Shown: in pieces, positions 55,387-64,000 of the stretch | How positions within the stretch are numbered: position 1 is the first letter of the stretch | Layout of the letters: each line of letters opens with the position of its first letter | Assembly (NCBI GenBank): GCA_017622795.1 | Contig: JAGAQI010000075.1 | Coordinates: forward strand, 6,477-70,476 | Length of the DNA: 64,000 nt | Reading direction: 5' to 3' | Source of the DNA: Lachnospiraceae bacterium | GTDB taxonomy: Bacteria; Bacillota; Clostridia; Lachnospirales; Lachnospiraceae | Program-made: the position numbers and the translations under genes | The notes under the pieces: generated by a model | What the model saw: only the letters and a program-made list of their open reading frames with translations | Told to the model about the DNA's origin: nothing | Databases searched by the model: none

Positions 55387-56514
55387 GTGGAAGAATCTAT
55401 TTTACACGGCGGTGAAAAGGAACTATTAGAGTTGAAAAAGACGCTTCAGGAGAAAAACCGGTATAATGCGGTTTTAGATTCTATGGATGCCGCGGTGGAT
55501 GAGCAAAAATTGAATATTGAAAAACGTAAGGCAGAAATTGAAAAAGAGATGAATCTGGAGGTCATACGCCGCAGAGAAGCAGTAGCGGCACCGTTTTATA
55601 CTGAAATTGCAGCCTGTGAGGCAGAATTGAAATCTGCCTTGGAGGAACGCTCCAAAAAGCGTATCGAACTGATTGCCCAGATTATGCAGGAAGAAAATGA
55701 AATGTATGAAAAGCGAAAGGAAAACCTGGAAAATCAGAGAAAACTGGTAGGACAGACCGATGGTGTTCCGGGTATATGTACCACCAGACTGTTTCTTGCA
55801 TTTTTTTGCCCGAGGAGCGGCAAAGATGCCTTGATTTTGGTGATTGGTTTACTTGTTTTGTTTTTAATTCTTCCACTGTCAGTATATTTTGGTGTTTACG
55901 GTGGTAATAACAGATCTATGCTTACTACGATTTATCTTGTATTTATTGTCATTTTCTACACGTTGTATCTGCTTATCAACAATTTGGTTAAGGACAAATA
56001 CTTGATAGGAATCAATAAATTATTAAAAATAATGGAAGATCTGGATAAGCTGGAGGCAAATAAAAAGAAGCGGGAGAAAGAATTGGAAAATCTTCCGGAT
56101 TCAGCCCTGGATTTGGGAGAGTTTGATGAAGAAGTGAACCGCTTACAGGCAGTTATTGAAGAACTGACAAAGCAGAAAGATTTAGCGGTCATGAATTTTG
56201 ATTCCGACGAACGGTTACATGTTGCAATCGGCCAGGAAGTGCAGGAGAAGTTTAAACCGGAACTGGATCATATGCGAGCTGTTTTGCAGGACCATATGGA
56301 TTCCTATGAAAGGATGCAGGTAGAGTATAATAAATTCCTGGATGACCGCCGAATAGAAGAACGGTATGGAATTTTACTCCAGGCAGAGCCGGATATTTTC
56401 AGCCAGACGGTTATTGATGAGTTAATTTTCTACATTACCCACAGCGATGCGGAAAATATCAGTAAAGCAATTATTAAGAGAAAGAAAAAACTTGGACAAC
56501 CTATGAGTTTATAA
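55387..56514 (+). CDS. Coiled-coil membrane protein, function unknown
   Basis: 375 aa; GTG start; coiled-coil N- and C-terminal regions around two TM helices. Confidence 0.55.
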   Translation: MEESILHGGEKELLELKKTLQEKNRYNAVLDSMDAAVDEQKLNIEKRKAEIEKEMNLEVIRRREAVAAPFYTEIAACEAELKSALEERSKKRIELIAQIMQEENEMYEKRKENLENQRKLVGQTDGVPGICTTRLFLAFFCPRSGKDALILVIGLLVLFLILPLSVYFGVYGGNNRSMLTTIYLVFIVIFYTLYLLINNLVKDKYLIGINKLLKIMEDLDKLEANKKKREKELENLPDSALDLGEFDEEVNRLQAVIEELTKQKDLAVMNFDSDERLHVAIGQEVQEKFKPELDHMRAVLQDHMDSYERMQVEYNKFLDDRRIEERYGILLQAEPDIFSQTVIDELIFYITHSDAENISKAIIKRKKKLGQPMSL

Positions 56515-56553
56515 AAGAAAAGGCAGTTGCTTTTGGGCAACTGCCTTGCTTTT
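56513..56553. terminator. Bidirectional terminator between convergent genes
   Basis: AAGGCAGTTGC (56520-56530) / GCAACTGCCTT (56537-56547), flanked by an A-run and a T-run. Confidence 0.75.
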
Positions 56554-57231
56554 TTAATATCCGCGATTTCCGATTACATAAGCCAATATACTGGCAATCA
56601 GGAAAGCCCCCTCTGCGTTTGGATGAAGCCCGTCTTCCTGATAAATGGCAGAAAGCTTTTCTTCACCGAGCTTTAAAAACTCTTCATGCAAATCTACCAG
56701 CTGGGTGCCGTTAACTTCCGCCAGATGTTTAATATGCGGAATCAATTGTAACAGGTACTTTTCCTGGTGCTTCCGCCAGATGCAGTTACGCACCGGAACC
56801 GGAGTAACGAGGTAAATCAGAGCATTTGGATTGGCTGATTTTAAAGCGTCTATTATGTACTGATAAAAGGTTTCGAACATTGGCTCAAAGGAAATCAGAT
56901 TGTTGTAAGTGTCCTGCCAGTCTTCCGTGTCGTGCATACCGTCCTGGGCATCGTTTGTGCCCAACATGATGATGTAGATATCGCCGGCGAGAGAAAGCGC
57001 TTCGTCGTATTCCGGCTGCAAAACGTATGGCAAGCCAAAGGTGCGTCCGGTATCGTCCTCCATCATGGTGACGCAGCTACAGGTAACACCTTCGTTGAAT
57101 ACGGCGTAATCTTCACCGAGAAATTCCTGCAAAAGGGATGGGTAATAGACGGATGGGTCGTCGCCTAAGCCAAAACCCTCCGTAATACTGTCACCTATGC
57201 AGACTACTCGTAATTTGGTTTCCTGATCCAT
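56554..57231 (-). CDS. SGNH/GDSL hydrolase
   Basis: 225 aa; block I IGDSITEG, block III GTNDA, block V DGLHPN. Confidence 0.8.
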   Translation of the reverse strand: MDQETKLRVVCIGDSITEGFGLGDDPSVYYPSLLQEFLGEDYAVFNEGVTCSCVTMMEDDTGRTFGLPYVLQPEYDEALSLAGDIYIIMLGTNDAQDGMHDTEDWQDTYNNLISFEPMFETFYQYIIDALKSANPNALIYLVTPVPVRNCIWRKHQEKYLLQLIPHIKHLAEVNGTQLVDLHEEFLKLGEEKLSAIYQEDGLHPNAEGAFLIASILAYVIGNRGY

Positions 57232-57247
57232 TGTTTACCTCATTGGT

Positions 57248-58465
57248 TTATTTTTCGTTTTCAGCCATCATCATTGCACGAACCTTTAAGGAAAGGCCGA
57301 ACAGGTTAATGAAGCCTTCTGCGTCATGGTGGTCGTAAAGATCACCGGTAGTGAAGGAAGCGATGCTTTCGTTGTATAAGGAGTACTTGGAAGTAGTTCC
57401 CTGATTGATGATGTTGCCCTTATATAATTTAAGCTTAACGTCGCCGGTTACATACTGCTGTGTGGATTCTACGAAAGCCTGGAGAGCTTCACGAAGTGGT
57501 GTGAACCACTTGCCTTCGTAAACGATATCTGCGTACTTGTCACCGATACCCTTCTTGTAAGCAAGAGTGTCACGGTCTAAAATGAGCTCTTCTAACTGCT
57601 CATGAGCTGCCATTAAGATGGTTCCGCCCGGAGTTTCATAAACACCGCGGGACTTCATGCCAACAACACGGTTTTCTACGATATCAACGATACCAACGCC
57701 GTGCTTGCCGCCGAGGGCGTTTAATTCCTTTAAAATATCGGAAGCCTTCATAGCCTTGCCGTTTAATGCAACAGGAGCACCCTTTTCAAAGGTAAGAGTG
57801 ATGATTTCGCCTTCATCCGGAGCCTTTTCAGGGGAAACACCGAGAACCAGTAAGTGGTCATAGTTTGGTGCGTTTGCAGGATCCTCTAATTCAAGACCTT
57901 CATGGCTGATGTGCCATAAGTTACGGTCACGGCTGTAGCTGTGGCTTGCGTCGAACGGAAGGTCGATACCATGCTGCTTGCAGTATTCGATTTCGTCTTC
58001 ACGGGACTGCATCTTCCAAGTGTCGTTGCAACGCCATGGAGCGATAATCTTTAAGTCAGGAGCGAGAGCCTTGATACCAAGCTCGAAACGTACCTGGTCG
58101 TTACCCTTACCGGTAGCACCGTGACAGATGGCAACTGCGCCTTCCTTACGGGCAATTTCAACTAACTTCTTTGCGATGAGCGGACGAGCCATGGAAGTAC
58201 CCAGTAAGTACTTGTTTTCATAAACAGCACCGGCCTTTACGCAAGGAACTGCATATTCATCAACGAATTCATCTACAACATCAAGGATGTAAAGCTTTTC
58301 TGCACCGGAGTATTTAGCACGTTCTTCGAGACCGTCAAGCTCATTGCCCTGACCAACGTCGATACAGCAGCAAACTACATCATAATCGTAATTTTCTTTT
58401 AACCATGGAATAATGGCGGTAGTATCAAGACCACCGGAGTACGCAAGAATAACTTTTTCTTTCAT
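57248..58465 (-). CDS. argG: Argininosuccinate synthase
   Basis: 405 aa; [11 protein letters not shown]-loop; full-length match to the ArgG pattern; RBS GGGAGG. Confidence 0.95.
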   Translation of the reverse strand: MKEKVILAYSGGLDTTAIIPWLKENYDYDVVCCCIDVGQGNELDGLEERAKYSGAEKLYILDVVDEFVDEYAVPCVKAGAVYENKYLLGTSMARPLIAKKLVEIARKEGAVAICHGATGKGNDQVRFELGIKALAPDLKIIAPWRCNDTWKMQSREDEIEYCKQHGIDLPFDASHSYSRDRNLWHISHEGLELEDPANAPNYDHLLVLGVSPEKAPDEGEIITLTFEKGAPVALNGKAMKASDILKELNALGGKHGVGIVDIVENRVVGMKSRGVYETPGGTILMAAHEQLEELILDRDTLAYKKGIGDKYADIVYEGKWFTPLREALQAFVESTQQYVTGDVKLKLYKGNIINQGTTSKYSLYNESIASFTTGDLYDHHDAEGFINLFGLSLKVRAMMMAENEK

Positions 58466-58684
58466 AATTGTTATGCCTCCCTAATTTCCCGTATGGGTTT
58501 TTGATTAAAAATTTATAATTATACATTCAATATACACCACGATGAAAAATTATGCAAGATGGAAGTGAAAAATTATGTAAAAATTTTTTGCGACCGTTTT
58601 TCGGGTTTTGCTTGCATGATAATTCTATTTGAGCTACAATAAAATTTAAGGGTTTATTTTCAGATAGAAATGAGAGGTTACGGC

Positions 58685-59269
58685 ATGAAATACCAGGTGA
58701 TTCTTGCATCCGGTTCTCCAAGAAGAAAGGAACTTTTAGAGTTAATCGGTGTGGAGTTTAAAATTATTACCAGCAATAAGGAAGAAGTTATTACAAGTAC
58801 TAATCCGGAGGAAGTAGTAAAAGAGCTTTCTATGATGAAGGCAGAGGATGTGGCAGCAGGCGTGGCAGGTCCGGCAATTATTCTCGGTGCGGATACGGTG
58901 GTTGCCCACGGCGGACGGATTCTCGGTAAGCCAAAGGATAAGGCAGATGCAGTAAATATGATTCGTTCTTTTGCGGGAGATGACCACTATGTCTATACCG
59001 GTGTGTGTATAATAAGGAAAGAAGCAGATGGTTCGGTAAACAAGATTTCCTTTGCGGAAGGCACCAAAGTTACGGTATATCCGATGACAGAGGAGGCAAT
59101 TGAGCAATACGTGGCTACCAATGAGCCTATGGACAAAGCAGGCGCGTACGCAATTCAGGGTTTATTTGCTCCTTATATTAAAGGAATTGAAGGCGATTAC
59201 TATAATATTGTAGGTTTCCCGATTGCAGGGATTTACCAGCGTTTAAAAGCGGAGGGAATCGACTTATAA
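58685..59269 (+). CDS. maf: Maf-like nucleoside triphosphate pyrophosphatase
   Basis: ATG 58685 behind GAGAGG; ILASGSPRRKELL, GADTVV, GAYAIQG motifs. Confidence 0.85.
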   Translation: MKYQVILASGSPRRKELLELIGVEFKIITSNKEEVITSTNPEEVVKELSMMKAEDVAAGVAGPAIILGADTVVAHGGRILGKPKDKADAVNMIRSFAGDDHYVYTGVCIIRKEADGSVNKISFAEGTKVTVYPMTEEAIEQYVATNEPMDKAGAYAIQGLFAPYIKGIEGDYYNIVGFPIAGIYQRLKAEGIDL

Positions 59270-59309
59270 TTATTATTAGAAATAATTCTAAAAAAATTAA
59301 AAATAGGTA

Positions 59310-59338
59310 TTGCATAAAATTGCATAAGAATGTATAAT
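59310..59338 (+). promoter_or_regulatory. Sigma-A type promoter of the GNAT-argJ-argB-argD block
   Basis: TTGCAT (59310-59315), 17-nt spacer, TATAAT (59333-59338) preceded by TG. Confidence 0.55.
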
Positions 59339-59385
59339 TATGAAAAATAAAATGGAAGAGAGTTTTTTGTCGGGAGGAAAATCCA

Positions 59386-59835
59386 ATGATTACCTACAGA
59401 GTGATGACAATGGAAGACTATGACGGGGTCTATGCCCTGTGGATGACCATTCAAGGTTTTGGTATCCGAAGTATTGATGATTCCAGAGAAGGAGTAGAAA
59501 AGTTTTTAAAGCGTAATCCCACCACCAGTGTAGTGGCGTTGGACGGTGATAAAATCATCGGCAGTATATTGTGCGGACACGATGGCCGTAGGGCATGCTT
59601 CTATCATGTATGTGTGGCAGAAAGCTACCGGCAGCAGGGTATCGGTAAAAAGATGGCTGCCTTTGCCCAGGAGGCATTAAAGAAAGAAGGCATCAATAAG
59701 GTAGGCTTGCAGGCATTTGTTACCAATGAAAAGGGTAACAAGTTCTGGCGCAGTCTTAAATGGACCGAACGTACCGATTTGAATTATTACGATTTGTCCT
59801 TAAATGATGACAATATTACTACTTTTAATAAGTAG
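59386..59835 (+). CDS. GNAT family N-acetyltransferase
   Basis: 149 aa; acetyl-CoA binding motif RQQGIGKKM. Confidence 0.8.
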   Translation: MITYRVMTMEDYDGVYALWMTIQGFGIRSIDDSREGVEKFLKRNPTTSVVALDGDKIIGSILCGHDGRRACFYHVCVAESYRQQGIGKKMAAFAQEALKKEGINKVGLQAFVTNEKGNKFWRSLKWTERTDLNYYDLSLNDDNITTFNK

Positions 59836-59882
59836 TTTGAAGTATTACATAATGAAGTTGAAAAATAAGGAGGAAGTTTCTT

Positions 59883-61112
59883 ATGTTCAAGCAGACAGAA
59901 GGCGGTGTAACCGCAGCAAAGGGTTTTATGGCTGCATCTACAGCGGCAGGTATCAAATATAAAGACAGAACCGACATGGCAATGGTGTATTCCGAAGTGC
60001 CATGTACTGTGGCAGGTACCTTTACTACAAACGTGGTTAAGGCAGCTCCGGTTTTATGGGATAAGATGATTGCGGACGAAAAGAAAACTGCCCAGGTGGT
60101 GGTAATCAATGCAGGTATCGCCAATGCCTGCACCGGTGAAATCGGATACAGCTATTGCGAACAAACCGCAAAGGCAGCAGAGGAAGCATTAAACATTCCT
60201 TATGATAATGTATTTGTGGCATCCACCGGCGTTATCGGAAAGCAGCTTCCGATTGATAAGATTATGGCAGGTACCAAGGTGCTGGCAGGCAAGCTTAACG
60301 GCTCTATCGAAGCAGGTACCGATGCGGCAAAGGCGATTATGACTACCGACACTAAAAAGAAGGAAATTGCGGTTTCCATGATGCTCGGCGGCAAAGAAGT
60401 TACCCTTGGCGGTATGTGTAAGGGTTCCGGTATGATTCATCCGAATATGTGCACCATGCTTGGATTTATCACAACCGATGCCAACATTTCTAAGGAATTA
60501 CTGGACAAGGCGTTAAAGGAGGACGTTCAGGACACCTACAACATGGTTTCCGTAGACGGTGACACTTCCACTAACGATACCGTACTTCTTATGGCAAACG
60601 GTCTGGCAGGTAATGAAAAGATTACATCCGCAGACAGCGAAGATTACAAGACCTTTGCAGCGGCACTTCATTTTGTAAATGAGTATCTTTCCATGCGTAT
60701 TGCAGAGGACGGCGAAGGTGCAACCAAGTTATTTACCGCAAAGGTTATCAATGCAAAGACAAAGGCAGCAGCTAAGGTTCTTGCAAAGTCCGTGATTACC
60801 TCCAGCCTTACCAAGGCAGCGGTTTACGGCAACGATGCCAACTGGGGCAGAATTCTTTGTGCACTGGGCTACTCCGGTGAGCAGTTCGACCCATACAAGG
60901 TAGATATTACCATTACCGATGGTACCGATACCTTAATGCTGGTAGAAAACGGCATGGCAACCGATTATTCCGAAGAATTTGCAACAAAGATTCTTTCCGG
61001 CAAGGAAGTTACCGCAGTTGCAAATATGAAAGACGGCGAAGCAACCGCAACCGCATGGGGCTGCGACCTGACTTATGATTATGTAAAGATTAATGCGGAC
61101 TACCGTTCTTAA
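59883..61112 (+). CDS. argJ: Bifunctional ornithine acetyltransferase / N-acetylglutamate synthase
   Basis: 409 aa; autoprocessing site context HPNMCTMLGFITTDA; RBS AAGGAGGA. Confidence 0.95.
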   Translation: MFKQTEGGVTAAKGFMAASTAAGIKYKDRTDMAMVYSEVPCTVAGTFTTNVVKAAPVLWDKMIADEKKTAQVVVINAGIANACTGEIGYSYCEQTAKAAEEALNIPYDNVFVASTGVIGKQLPIDKIMAGTKVLAGKLNGSIEAGTDAAKAIMTTDTKKKEIAVSMMLGGKEVTLGGMCKGSGMIHPNMCTMLGFITTDANISKELLDKALKEDVQDTYNMVSVDGDTSTNDTVLLMANGLAGNEKITSADSEDYKTFAAALHFVNEYLSMRIAEDGEGATKLFTAKVINAKTKAAAKVLAKSVITSSLTKAAVYGNDANWGRILCALGYSGEQFDPYKVDITITDGTDTLMLVENGMATDYSEEFATKILSGKEVTAVANMKDGEATATAWGCDLTYDYVKINADYRS

Positions 61113-61172
61113 TTTGGAAGGATAATGCGCATTCATAATAGGGAGTTTGAAAAGAATAGGAGAGTATAAGTG

Positions 61173-62048
61173 ATGGAAAATAATGTACCGGATATGTTAA
61201 AAACCCAAGTGTTGATTGAGGCACTGCCTTATATCCAGAAGTTCAACAATAAGAAGGTTGTGGTAAAGTACGGCGGAAGTGCCATGTTAGACCCAAATCT
61301 TCAGTTAAATGTTATCCGCGATGTAGCCCTGCTTAAGTTGGTTGGCATGAAGCCGATCATTGTACACGGCGGAGGTAAGGAAATCAGCAAATGGGTTGGC
61401 CTGCTTGGCAAGGAACCTGTATTTGTGGAAGGTCTTCGTGTCACTGATGCTGAAACCATGGAAGTGGCAGAAATGGTGCTTAACAAAGTAAATAAAAATC
61501 TGGTGCAGATGATGGAGCAGATTGGTGTAAAAGCGGTGGGTATCTGCGGTAAGGACGGTTCCACCCTTCACGTTACCAAGAAGCTGGCAAACGGTCAGGA
61601 CATCGGTTTTGTAGGAAATATTGATAAGGTAGATACTTCCTTGATTGATACCTTAATTGAACAGGGTTTTGTACCGGTAATTGCGCCAATCGGTATCGAC
61701 GATGCTTATCAGTCCTACAATATCAATGCTGACGATGCGGCTTGTGCCATTGCAACTGCAGTAGGTGCGGAAAAGCTTGCTTTCTTAACTGACATTGAGG
61801 GCGTATGCATGGATCCGAAGGATAAGAGCACCTTGATTTCCGAGCTGACTCTTTCTAAGGCTGATGAACTGATTCAGGACGGTTTTATCGGCGGCGGCAT
61901 GCTTCCGAAGATTAAGAACTGTATCGACGCTGTTAAGGAAGGCGTTGGCGGCGTACATATTTTAGACGGCAGAATGGAGCACAGTCTGTTACTTGAATTC
62001 TTTACCGATAAGGGTATCGGAACTGCTATTTACGACGAAAATAAATAG
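61173..62048 (+). CDS. argB: Acetylglutamate kinase
   Basis: AAK family [13 protein letters not shown]; ATG 61173 (GTG 61170 also possible). Confidence 0.95.
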   Translation: MENNVPDMLKTQVLIEALPYIQKFNNKKVVVKYGGSAMLDPNLQLNVIRDVALLKLVGMKPIIVHGGGKEISKWVGLLGKEPVFVEGLRVTDAETMEVAEMVLNKVNKNLVQMMEQIGVKAVGICGKDGSTLHVTKKLANGQDIGFVGNIDKVDTSLIDTLIEQGFVPVIAPIGIDDAYQSYNINADDAACAIATAVGAEKLAFLTDIEGVCMDPKDKSTLISELTLSKADELIQDGFIGGGMLPKIKNCIDAVKEGVGGVHILDGRMEHSLLLEFFTDKGIGTAIYDENK

Positions 62049-62223
62049 GGCATTTAAAAATTGTTTTTCAGAGTACATTTCAATATATATTTTTGATGTT
62101 ACAATATCCATGTCCGTTCTGTTCGAACAACTATTGGCTGAGATGTCGGACAGATTGGATATTGTAATATCAAAAATAATGGTTTGAAACGTTATTAGTG
62201 AAAACAATGTTTTAAAAGTGCCC
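62048..62223 (+). other. Nested, rod-like ~176-nt inverted repeat in the argB-argD spacer
   Basis: Outer arms GGGCATTTAAAAATTGTTTT (62048-62067) / AAAACAATGTTTTAAAAGTGCCC (62201-62223); inner arms GATGTTACAATATCCATGTCCG (62095-62116) / CGGACAGATTGGATATTGTAATATC (62147-62171). Confidence 0.6.
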
Positions 62224-62248
62224 TAAGTTATTAAGGAGGAAAAGAAGA

Positions 62249-63430
62249 ATGAATTCGATAGAGTGTAGAAATAGAGCAGAAAACGTGCTGATGCACACCT
62301 ACGGACGTTATCCGGTAGTGCTTGACCACGGCGACGGTGTTTATCTTTACGATACCGACGGCAAGCAGTATCTGGATTTTTCCGCAGGTATCGGTGTATT
62401 TGCCCTGGGTTATAACAATACAGCATATAATGATGCGTTAAAGGCGCAGATTGATAAATTATTACATACATCCAACTATTACTATAATGAGCCGGCCCTG
62501 CTGGCAGCAGAGGGCCTTGCCAAGGCTTCCGGCATGGACCGTGTATTCTTTACCAACAGCGGTACGGAAGCAGTGGAAGGTGCTATCAAGCTGGCAAGAA
62601 AGTATTATTACAAAAAGACCGGTGTGGCAGACAGCGAAATTATTGCCATGGACCATTCCTTCCACGGAAGAAGTATGGGTGCCCTTTCGGTCACCGGTAC
62701 AAAGAAGTACCGCGAGCCGTTTGAACCTTTAATTGGCGGTGCGGTATTTGCGGAATTCAACAATTTAGAGGATGTAAAATCTAAGATTACCGATAAAACA
62801 GCAGCTATCATTATGGAAACCCTGCAGGGTGAGGGTGGTATCCATCCGGCAACCAAGGAGTTTATTGAAGGTGTTGCTGCAATCTGTAAGGAAAAGGATA
62901 TCGTTCTGATTTTAGATGAAATCCAGTGCGGTATGGGCCGTTCCGGCAACATGTTCTGCTATCAGAAGTACGGTGTACAGCCGGATATTGTAACCTGTGC
63001 CAAGGCTCTTGGCTGTGGTGTTCCGGTAGGCGCATTTGCAGCAACCGAAAAAGTGGCAGCCGCTTTTGAACCGGGCGACCACGGCACTACTTATGGTGGT
63101 AATCCGTTTGTATGCGCGGCAGTAGCAAAGGTATTCGACCTGTTTGAAGAGCAGAAGGTGCTGGATAATGTAAAAGAAAACGGAGAGTATCTCTACGAAA
63201 AGTTAGAAGAATTTGCAAAGGAAAATGCTTGCGTCAAAGAGCACAGGGGCTTTGGATTTATGCAGGGTCTGGAATTCACCATGCCGGTAAAGGAAATTGC
63301 ATCCAAAGCATTAGAGAATGGTCTGATTCTGATTTCTGCGGGAGCGAATACCATCCGTTTCTTGCCTCCATTGGTAATGCAGAAGGCTCAGATTGATGAG
63401 ATGATTGAGAAATTGAAGAAGTGCTTATAG
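62249..63430 (+). CDS. argD: Acetylornithine aminotransferase
   Basis: 393 aa; class III PLP aminotransferase LILDEIQCGMGRSG, PLP-Lys context TCAKALG; RBS AAGGAGGA. Confidence 0.9.
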   Translation: MNSIECRNRAENVLMHTYGRYPVVLDHGDGVYLYDTDGKQYLDFSAGIGVFALGYNNTAYNDALKAQIDKLLHTSNYYYNEPALLAAEGLAKASGMDRVFFTNSGTEAVEGAIKLARKYYYKKTGVADSEIIAMDHSFHGRSMGALSVTGTKKYREPFEPLIGGAVFAEFNNLEDVKSKITDKTAAIIMETLQGEGGIHPATKEFIEGVAAICKEKDIVLILDEIQCGMGRSGNMFCYQKYGVQPDIVTCAKALGCGVPVGAFAATEKVAAAFEPGDHGTTYGGNPFVCAAVAKVFDLFEEQKVLDNVKENGEYLYEKLEEFAKENACVKEHRGFGFMQGLEFTMPVKEIASKALENGLILISAGANTIRFLPPLVMQKAQIDEMIEKLKKCL

Positions 63431-63484
63431 TTGATTGTGGGGGCAGGAGAAATCTTTCCCCCTTGTTTTTAACCGGGAGTCTAT

Positions 63485-64000
63485 ATGAAACTGAAAGTAG
63501 CCATCTGTGATGATGAAGAAAGACAAAGAAAATATGTGCTGGAGCTATTGGGAGCATGGGCAAAGCTGGGACGTCATTTATTGGAAGTAAAGGAATTTCC
63601 GAACGCAGAGTCCTTTTTATTCCAGTATGAAACCGAAAAAGATTTTGACATTCTTTTGCTGGACGTGGAAATGGAAAAACTTTCCGGAATTGATTTAGCA
63701 AAAGAAGTACGCAAAGATAACAAGGCGGTGCAGATTGTGTTTATCACCGGATATTATGAGTATTTCAGTGACGGATTTGATGTATCGGCACTGCATTATC
63801 TGATAAAGCCGGTGGATGAAAGAAAACTGTATCCGGTGCTTGACCGTGCAGTAAGCAATTTAAGTTACCGCGAGCGTTCTGTACTGTTGTCAACGGCAGA
63901 GGCTGATATCCGGGTGCCTCTGGCAGATATTTTGTATGTGGAATCTGAAAATGTATATGTGGTGGTACATACGGTAAGCGGAATCTATCGTAGCAGAATT
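63485..64000 (+). CDS. LytTR-family response regulator (3' end truncated by the window edge)
   Basis: Open to the window end; receiver domain (ICDDEE, LLLDVEM, LHYLIKP), then LytTR onset ADILYVESENVYVVVHT; absent from the ORF track because no stop lies in the window. Confidence 0.85.
   Translation, partial: MKLKVAICDDEERQRKYVLELLGAWAKLGRHLLEVKEFPNAESFLFQYETEKDFDILLLDVEMEKLSGIDLAKEVRKDNKAVQIVFITGYYEYFSDGFDVSALHYLIKPVDERKLYPVLDRAVSNLSYRERSVLLSTAEADIRVPLADILYVESENVYVVVHTVSGIYRSRI

Noticed and set aside
61989-62207. Small ORFs on both strands in the argB-argD spacer
   Set aside because: They mirror each other across the nested inverted repeat and have no RBS. They are best explained as by-products of the palindromic sequence.

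Overview
This is a chromosomal window from a low-GC, spore-forming Firmicute, Clostridia/Lachnospiraceae-like. Supporting signs are the T-box leaders, a spoIIAA-spoIIAB-sigF-spoVA operon, GGAGG-type RBSs and dense operons. The backbone carries a helD-like helicase, T-box-trpS, a Cof-type HAD phosphatase, sbcDC, a GH127-like/GH25 fusion protein, mutY, secDF and T-box-valS. It continues with the sporulation operon, a DUF1538/P-II pair, a GH35 galactosidase, a DUF1846 protein, an MFS transporter, a GDPD and argG. It ends with a GNAT-argJ-argB-argD block and a partial LytTR response regulator. The most unusual part is a ~13.6 kb accessory block (4438-18042) between the HAD gene and sbcD. This block holds two paralogous modules, each an atypical membrane Ser/Thr kinase followed by a small XRE-like HTH protein, plus two extra HTH paralogs, one of them truncated. 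It also holds several glycine-zipper/membrane proteins and three paralogous small P-loop GTPases. These are interleaved with small hydrophobic-acidic proteins that share a conserved C-terminal ATSI.GI.KHVY tail, and a stand-alone GIY-YIG protein sits at the block's edge. Seven cistrons or operons in the block are each preceded by the same 17-bp palindrome, TTATGCTG-N-CAGCATAA. An eighth, degenerate copy also exists. In every copy the palindrome ends exactly 21 nt before a -10 hexamer, and no -35 element is present. I read this as a private, activator-dependent regulon and a candidate undescribed kinase-HTH-GTPase membrane system; function is inference only. Secondary items are a four-gene operon (31530-38428) with a degenerate Hsp70-like protein and a ~176-nt nested hairpin between argB and argD. 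There is also a three-way structured inverted repeat upstream of sbcD. All homology calls come from motif recognition by eye; no searches were run.
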